Assembly (NCBI GenBank): GCA_027317865.1
Contig: DAHVQG010000004.1
Coordinates: 100,399-164,398 of the forward strand
DNA: 64,000 nucleotides
Origin: Bdellovibrionales bacterium
GTDB taxonomy: Bacteria; Bdellovibrionota; Bdellovibrionia; Bdellovibrionales; UBA1609
Direction: 5' to 3'
A program made the translations under genes and the position numbers. Position 1 is the stretch's first letter; each line of letters starts with the position of its first letter. Below are positions 58,124-64,000 of this stretch, one piece after another. Below the pieces are notes generated by a model. It saw nothing but the letters and a program-made list of their open reading frames with translations, was not told the DNA's origin and made no database searches.

Positions 58124-58959
58124 CCGAAAATTCGCTCTCGCGCCTGATACAAATCGCATTGCAAGAAGATATCCCGACGGTCGACGTGACCACCGACAGT
58201 TTACACCTCGATTCACTCCAAGGTCTTGCACGTGTTATTGCTAAAGAGGATCTCGTTCTTTCAGGAACCGACCCTTTTACCGAAACACTAAAAGCCATCG
58301 ACTCATCGGTGACCGTGGACTGGCAATTCCAGGACGGGGCATTTATATTAAATCAGCAAAACATTTGCGTCATCCGCGGCCCCATCGCATCGATTTTAAA
58401 AGGTGAGCGCGTGGCCCTTAATTTTCTTGGCCATCTTTCGGGCATCGCAACTCTTACCCGCTGTTACGCCGAACAAATTAAACATACCAAAACGAAAATT
58501 TTGGATACGCGTAAAACGCTGCCGGGTTTGCGAGCGCTCGAAAAAATGGCGGTCGTTCATGGGGGTGGATGCAATCACCGAATGAGTCTAAGTGATGGCG
58601 TTCTTATTAAAGAAAACCATATTGAATTTGCCGGCGGACTCGCTATAGCGGTTAATTCGATTCAGAAAGAAAGTCGGCTGCCCGTTGAAGTTGAAGTGCG
58701 AAATCTTGATGAAGTCCGCAAGGCTGTGAGTCTCGGTGTTTGGCGAATTTTACTTGATAACATGTCCATTGACGATATGCGCGAAGCGCTAAGAAATATC
58801 CCGGCACCTATCGAAACAGAAGCGTCTGGCAATATGACACTTGAACGCGTACGTGAAGTGGCCGAACTGGGAGTCGATTTTATCAGCGTCGGCGCACTCA
58901 CCCACTCTGCCCCTTGTGCCGATATCAGCTTATTACTTGAACAAAGGACCTCGACGTGA
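58120..58959 (+). CDS. nadC: Nicotinate-nucleotide diphosphorylase (carboxylating)
   Basis: ERVALNFL..LSGIAT, DTRKTLPG, IKENH, LLDN, EASG, SVGALTH. Confidence 0.96.
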   Translation: MTENSLSRLIQIALQEDIPTVDVTTDSLHLDSLQGLARVIAKEDLVLSGTDPFTETLKAIDSSVTVDWQFQDGAFILNQQNICVIRGPIASILKGERVALNFLGHLSGIATLTRCYAEQIKHTKTKILDTRKTLPGLRALEKMAVVHGGGCNHRMSLSDGVLIKENHIEFAGGLAIAVNSIQKESRLPVEVEVRNLDEVRKAVSLGVWRILLDNMSIDDMREALRNIPAPIETEASGNMTLERVREVAELGVDFISVGALTHSAPCADISLLLEQRTST

Positions 58960-59744
58960 CGGTACCTCGACCTTTTCACGTCTATGATGTCACGAAAGAA
59001 TGGCTCAACAGCAAAATCCAAACCGACTCTTCGCAATTCAAGTTTACCGCTTCACGAATTATTGAAAGCACTAACGATCTCGCTAAAAACGAAGCCTTTA
59101 GTAAGTCGATACCTGGCGAGAAAATATATTTGGCTGATATTCAAACTAAAGGACGCGGCCGCGGCGCAAACGCCTGGATCGCACCCCCCTCCGGTGATGC
59201 GCTTTTGATGACTTGGTCATGGGAACTTGAAAATGCCGCGCAACCGATCACGGCACCCCTCATGGGACTTCACATTTATCGCGCGCTAAATCAGACCTTT
59301 TCAAACGCGGGGTTAAGCCTCAAGCCACCCAATGATATTTATTTTTTAAACAATAAAATCTTAGGAATTCTTGCCGAAGCCTTACAGCAAGGCCCGCGCC
59401 ACCGCCTAATTGTAGGCTTTGGGTTAAACGTATTTTCTGCGCCATCAGGTGTGCCAATTGCCGGATGCTTAAGCGCACTCGAACAAAAAAACGGCGAACC
59501 AGACCGCAACGAAAATGAACAATATCTGACGGCACCGATTTGGCTGAAGTTTCTTGATGACCTCGCAACGGAACTTCGTACGGCAGTTAAAAAATCACAA
59601 TTGAATGAGATGCCCCAAAAGGATTGCGAAGATTTGTTAGCCGCGATCCGCCGACATCCAGCAGGTCTTCGCTACACGCGCGTTTTTCCGAATGGCGATC
59701 TTGAAACCGCCCAAAATGATATGTTATCGTGGCGAAATCTTTGA
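58956..59744 (+). CDS. birA: Biotin-protein ligase (no N-terminal HTH)
   Basis: STND, QTKGRGRG..W, LKPPND, KILGIL. Confidence 0.85.
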   Translation: MTVPRPFHVYDVTKEWLNSKIQTDSSQFKFTASRIIESTNDLAKNEAFSKSIPGEKIYLADIQTKGRGRGANAWIAPPSGDALLMTWSWELENAAQPITAPLMGLHIYRALNQTFSNAGLSLKPPNDIYFLNNKILGILAEALQQGPRHRLIVGFGLNVFSAPSGVPIAGCLSALEQKNGEPDRNENEQYLTAPIWLKFLDDLATELRTAVKKSQLNEMPQKDCEDLLAAIRRHPAGLRYTRVFPNGDLETAQNDMLSWRNL

Positions 59745-59763
59745 AGCGTAGGAGAAATTTGCC

Positions 59764-60312
59764 ATGTCGCTTTTATACACCCCAGAAGTTGCTCTAGGCG
59801 CAGAAATGCCTAAATTTAAACTTAAGACGGTTGACGAGCGAAATTGGTCATCGGATCAAATCGCGAAAGCTCCGGCCAAAGTGATCGTGTTTATGTGCAA
59901 TCACTGCCCATATGTAAAAGCAGTTGAATCGAGAATCATCACTCTTGCGCGCGCACTTGCGGTTCAAGGCGTGCCGCTGGTTGGGATTTGCTCTAATGAC
60001 CCGACCGATTATCCCGAAGACGCCCCCGCTGAACTTCTCAAACGTTGGCGAGAACGCGAGTACGGTTTTGATTACCTCATTGATGACACTCAAGACGTGG
60101 CTCGCGCATTTGGAGCCGTTTGCACGCCCGATTTTTTTGCTTACGATAAACAAAATCGCTTGTCGTATCGGGGTCGGCTTGACGACTCGTGGAAGGACCC
60201 AAGCAAAGTAAAGCGAAATGAGCTAAAAGTCGCCGTCGACAAAATTTTAAAAGGCGAGTCAATCGCCGAACAAAGCCCCTCAATGGGCTGCTCCATTAAA
60301 TGGCGCGAATGA
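59764..60312 (+). CDS. Thioredoxin-fold AhpC/TSA family protein
   Basis: CNHCPY, GAVCTPDFF, YRGRLDD, SMGCSIKW. Confidence 0.9.
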   Translation: MSLLYTPEVALGAEMPKFKLKTVDERNWSSDQIAKAPAKVIVFMCNHCPYVKAVESRIITLARALAVQGVPLVGICSNDPTDYPEDAPAELLKRWREREYGFDYLIDDTQDVARAFGAVCTPDFFAYDKQNRLSYRGRLDDSWKDPSKVKRNELKVAVDKILKGESIAEQSPSMGCSIKWRE

Positions 60313-60347
60313 TTGGCATAAGCGCAAATCCGCGTTGCGAAAAATTT

Positions 60348-60956
60348 TTATTGCTTAGCCGTTGAACTTTTTTTAGCTGACGGGACTGGTGCGGCATCTG
60401 CCGCGGACTGAATCGCGATGTAATAATCCGTCGTCATCGATTGGGGACCTTGTACTGTATACACCTCAAGCGACGCCACAGCCGTTTTCAAATGATGAAC
60501 ACGCGCGTATTTGCGCATTCGCGGATAAACTTTGAACGGACCGATCGAGGGCGACCCGTCAAATGATGCCCAAAGGTATCGTCCCGGTAAGCGCCTTTCT
60601 ATTTTGTACGGTCCCGTCGCGACAATTTTATCTAAATCTTTGGGGGCAAACCTTGAGTCAACCACGCATCCCACTCGGCTTTGCAACCGGCGCTGATCCG
60701 TCGTTTCAGGATTATCCAGGTATTCTCCAAAAGTCTTCTCGCACGTCAAGTTATGTTCCGTGGCCCACTGTTGAACTTTATCCATGAGTGGAGCGACTTC
60801 ATTGTACGGCCCGACGTGGGTTGTATATAGAAGAGTCATCGCCGGCGCCATCTTCATTCCGACCTTCGGAACTTTATACGCTCCCAAATGCACGTAAACG
60901 GCAATGGCAAATGTGACGATCATTGCGACGAAAACAAGAAAAATTGTTTTTATCAA
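60348..60956 (-). CDS. Membrane-anchored GyrI-like small-molecule-binding protein
   Basis: N-terminal TM, HVGPY, FGEYLDNP, SLEVY. Confidence 0.75.
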   Translation of the reverse strand: MIKTIFLVFVAMIVTFAIAVYVHLGAYKVPKVGMKMAPAMTLLYTTHVGPYNEVAPLMDKVQQWATEHNLTCEKTFGEYLDNPETTDQRRLQSRVGCVVDSRFAPKDLDKIVATGPYKIERRLPGRYLWASFDGSPSIGPFKVYPRMRKYARVHHLKTAVASLEVYTVQGPQSMTTDYYIAIQSAADAAPVPSAKKSSTAKQ

Positions 60957-60986
60957 AGCGGCCCCTTGCGCTGTTTGAGTCGCAAA

Positions 60987-63419
60987 CTAATGCTTTTGTT
61001 CAGCACGTAGCAAATTTAACGCCGATCCCGCCTTGAACCATTTGATTTGTTCCGCATTGAATGTGTGACTGAGTTTCACACGTTCGTTGCTGCCGTCAAC
61101 ATGGTGAATAACGAGCGTCAGCTGCTCACCGGGCGCAAAACGTTTTAAACCTTCAATGGTCACGCGATCATCTTCACGGATTCTATCGTAGTCGTTCGGG
61201 TTGACGAATGTAAGCGCCAGCATCCCCTGTTTTTTCAAATTTGTTTCATGAATGCGCGCAAAGCTCTTAGCGATTACGGCACGCCCGCCCAAAAAACGCG
61301 GACTCATCGCTGCGTGCTCACGGCTCGAACCTTCGCCGTAATTATCGTCGCCGATAATAACCCAATTTTGCTTCTTAGCTTTGTAGTCGCGCGCAATTTT
61401 TGCGAACTCAACATCGTGATCGCCAGTTAAAATGTTCGTACCTTTGCCAATCGCACCGCCAAACGCGTTAGTCGCCCCTAAAAGCATGTTGTCTGATATG
61501 TTATCGAGGTGCCCGCGATACGTGAGCCATTTACCCGCCGGGCTGATGTGATCCGTTGTACATTTGCCTTTGGCTTTACAAAGTACGAGTGCCTCTTTTA
61601 CGTCCTCACCATCCCATTTCGCAAAAGGATCAAGTAACTGTAGCCGGTTCGAAGCCGGATTCACTTTCACTTCGACGCTCGAACCTTTTGGCGCCTGATA
61701 ACCGGTCGGATCAGAAACAAACCCGCGATCAGGAAGTTCAGGAGCTGACGGAGGCTCGAACTTTACAGATTTTCCGGATGGTGTGGTGAGTTCATCGGTC
61801 ACGGGGTTAAAATCAAGACGGCCGGCAATTCCGAGCGCCATTGTAGTTTCTGGCGAGGCGATAAAAGATAGCGTTTCGGGATTGGCATCGTTTCTACCAC
61901 GAAAATTGCGGTTAAAACTGTTCACAATTGTATTTACCTGTCCTTTGGCGATGTCTTTACGTTGCCACTGCCCGATGCACGGGCCGCACGCATTGGCGAG
62001 CACAGTCGCACCCGCGTCGGCGAGCACTTTCATTTGGCCGTCGCGCTCGATGGTCTTTTTGATCTGCGACGAACCCGGAGAAACCATAAATTGTTGGGGC
62101 ATATTAAAACCATACCGAAGCGCCTGCCGTGCCACATGCGTCGCGCGTCCAATATCTTCGTATGAAGAATTCGTGCACGAGCCAATCAGCGCCGCCGATA
62201 GCCGCACCGGCCAATTATTTTTTTCAGCCGCCGCTTTCATTTCTGAAATCGAGTGCGCGGCATCGGGCGAGTGGGGGCCGACAATTTGCGGTTCAAGAGT
62301 CGAAAGATCGATTTCTACAACTTCGTCGTAAAACCGGTGAGGGTCGCTCCAAACTTCCTTGTCGGCCGTCAAAAGTTCACGATTTTTTTCTGCCAAAGAG
62401 GCCAGCTCCGAGCGCTTCGTAGCCCTTAAATAAGTCGCCATGCGCGAATCAAACGGAAACACCGAACAGGTCGCCCCGAGTTCAGCGCCCATATTGGTGA
62501 TTGTCCCTTTACCAGTACAACTAATCGACTCACATCCTTCGCCAAAATATTCGATTATTTTATTCGTTCCGCCTTTTACAGTCAGAATCCCGCAAAGTTT
62601 CAAAATCACATCTTTGGCCGATGTCCAGCCCTGCAGTTTTCCGGTAAGATGAACGCCAACAATATTTGGATTTTTTACTTCCCACGGCAAACCCGCCATG
62701 ACGTCTGATGCATCAGCACCACCAACACCACAGGCGCACATGCCAAGGCCACCGGCGTTGGGAGTATGTGAATCGGTCCCAATCATCAACCCACCCGGAA
62801 ACGCGTAATTTTCAAGCACGACCTGATGGATGATTCCCGCGCCGGGCCTCCAAAATCCAATGTTGTAATGAGATGCCACCGATTGCAAAAAGTCGTAAAC
62901 TTCTTTATTTTCTTGCATCGCGGCCTTCATGTCCGGCTCCATGCCTTCGTAGGCGCGAATTAAGTGATCGCAGTGAACCGTGCTCGGCACGGCCGCTTCG
63001 TTTCGGCCAGCCAACATAAACTGTAGAAGCGCCATTTGCGCAGTTGCATCTTGCATTGCCACGCGATCCGGTTCGAGAAGCAAAAAACTTTTACCGCGCG
63101 TAAGGTCTTGCTCCTTAGGATTGGCCAGGTGCCCAAAAAGAATTTTTTCGGTCAACGTCATCGGGCGATCAAGCCGGGCGCGCACGATCCCAAGCTGTTC
63201 TCTCGTCTTATGGTAAACATTGGATACCATTTCGGGGGTGGTATCGATATTTGATGTTTTTCGCGCCAACTTCTTTTTTTGCGCCTTTTTCTTCGTTACA
63301 TTTCTTTTCGCAGATTTTCTTGCAACTTTTTTTATAGTCTTTTTAGCGGCCTTTTTAGTGGCCATTTTGGCGGCTTTTTTCGGTGTTCTTTTTTTTGTCG
63401 ATTTTTTCCGTTTTGCCAT
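60987..63419 (-). CDS. Aconitate hydratase (mitochondrial type) with Lys/Arg-rich N-terminal extension
   Basis: [51 protein letters not shown]. Confidence 0.95.
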   Translation of the reverse strand: MAKRKKSTKKRTPKKAAKMATKKAAKKTIKKVARKSAKRNVTKKKAQKKKLARKTSNIDTTPEMVSNVYHKTREQLGIVRARLDRPMTLTEKILFGHLANPKEQDLTRGKSFLLLEPDRVAMQDATAQMALLQFMLAGRNEAAVPSTVHCDHLIRAYEGMEPDMKAAMQENKEVYDFLQSVASHYNIGFWRPGAGIIHQVVLENYAFPGGLMIGTDSHTPNAGGLGMCACGVGGADASDVMAGLPWEVKNPNIVGVHLTGKLQGWTSAKDVILKLCGILTVKGGTNKIIEYFGEGCESISCTGKGTITNMGAELGATCSVFPFDSRMATYLRATKRSELASLAEKNRELLTADKEVWSDPHRFYDEVVEIDLSTLEPQIVGPHSPDAAHSISEMKAAAEKNNWPVRLSAALIGSCTNSSYEDIGRATHVARQALRYGFNMPQQFMVSPGSSQIKKTIERDGQMKVLADAGATVLANACGPCIGQWQRKDIAKGQVNTIVNSFNRNFRGRNDANPETLSFIASPETTMALGIAGRLDFNPVTDELTTPSGKSVKFEPPSAPELPDRGFVSDPTGYQAPKGSSVEVKVNPASNRLQLLDPFAKWDGEDVKEALVLCKAKGKCTTDHISPAGKWLTYRGHLDNISDNMLLGATNAFGGAIGKGTNILTGDHDVEFAKIARDYKAKKQNWVIIGDDNYGEGSSREHAAMSPRFLGGRAVIAKSFARIHETNLKKQGMLALTFVNPNDYDRIREDDRVTIEGLKRFAPGEQLTLVIHHVDGSNERVKLSHTFNAEQIKWFKAGSALNLLRAEQKH

Positions 63420-63452
63420 AGTACGGCTCCTTAATTGAGTTTGAACGGCCCT

Positions 63453-63481
63453 ATGTTAGGCCCTGGTTGACTAATCCGCAA
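63453..63481 (-). promoter_or_regulatory. Putative sigma70 promoter of aconitase, TTGCGG-N17-TAACAT
   Basis: Correct spacing, upstream of the AAGGAG SD and ATG 63419. Confidence 0.5.
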
Positions 63482-63632
63482 GCCGAAGAGGCCCGTTGCA
63501 ACGCGCACGCGAGGTCTATCGGCAAAAGAGCGCTGCATGGCGACCAGGCCTAAGGTCAGTTGGATTCATGAAACTGGACATGTAAACTGGTCGCAATTCT
63601 AAAATATGACATGGTTATAGAAAGGGAAAATT

Positions 63633-64000
63633 ATGAAATTGAAAATGGCAACCGCAGTTATTGTGGGTCTGACATTCGCTGGCTCGCTATTCGCGACTCA
63701 GGCGAAGGCGGATTTGCTTGTTGAACCGTTTGCCGGTTACGAGTTCGGCAATATTAAACAGGGCAATTCGTCAGACGGTCTCAGTGGCGCTAACTACGGG
63801 GCGCGTCTTGGTTATGAAAGCCTCGGCTTTATGATTGGCGGCGAATATGCATTGGGCGCATTACGGGGCAGCCCGAGTGGCGGGTCTAACTACAATGTGT
63901 CTACAACAGATGTAGGAATTTTCGCGGGTTATAACTTCCCCGTTCTTTTGCGCGTTTACGGCACTTACTATCCGCTTTCTACGGCGACCGACGATAACAT
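63633..64000 (+). CDS. Outer-membrane beta-barrel protein, partial (runs off the window; not in the ORF track)
   Basis: MKLKMATAVIVGLTFAGSLFATQAKA|DLLVEPFAGYEFG...YGARLGYESLGFMIGGEY; amphipathic beta strands. Confidence 0.75.
   Translation, partial: MKLKMATAVIVGLTFAGSLFATQAKADLLVEPFAGYEFGNIKQGNSSDGLSGANYGARLGYESLGFMIGGEYALGALRGSPSGGSNYNVSTTDVGIFAGYNFPVLLRVYGTYYPLSTATDDN

Noticed and set aside
63516-63523. Sigma28 -10 GCCGATAG upstream of aconitase
   Set aside because: No TAAA-like -35 at the right spacing; a sigma70-type promoter closer to the gene fits better
1-64000. CRISPR array, IS/transposase, integrase, prophage, defence system, rRNA
   Set aside because: No spaced direct repeats, terminal inverted repeats or matching protein motifs seen; nearly all space is filled by recognisable genes

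Overview
Gene-dense chromosomal segment of a Gram-negative bacterium, most likely a Bdellovibrionota/Bdellovibrionales-like organism. The taxonomy is inferred from a RomR-type regulator next to nadC-birA, a TIGR02147-type HTH protein, a secreted 'GGGGD...LHE' protein and a mitochondrial-type aconitase. About 61 CDS, mostly housekeeping: HK/NtrC pair; prfB-lolCD-bamA-skp-fabZ-lpxA-gnnA-lpxB-lpxK-lpxL-DUF3108-GT9-GT9 envelope cluster; mazG; rlmE; amidase-rph-rdgB; prs-rplY-pth-ychF; slt-oppABC; radA; glpK; def-fmt-rpe-hutHU-mipA-hutI; lptG; romR-nadC-birA; aconitase. No rRNA, tRNA, CRISPR array, IS or prophage was seen. The most interesting signals are outside the ORF track: (1) a sigma54-driven ~54-nt sRNA candidate with C-rich segments complementary to the oppA and secreted-protease ribosome-binding regions; (2) a histone-H1-like basic tail on aconitase; (3) a TIGR02147 regulator plus secreted repeat protein behind a perfect 14-bp palindromic operator; (4) nine genes with a -10 box 6-8 nt before the start codon (probable leaderless mRNAs); (5) a probable CTG start for lptG; (6) strikingly basic exported proteins, a possible acidophile signature. 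All calls come from reading motifs by eye; no database searches were run.
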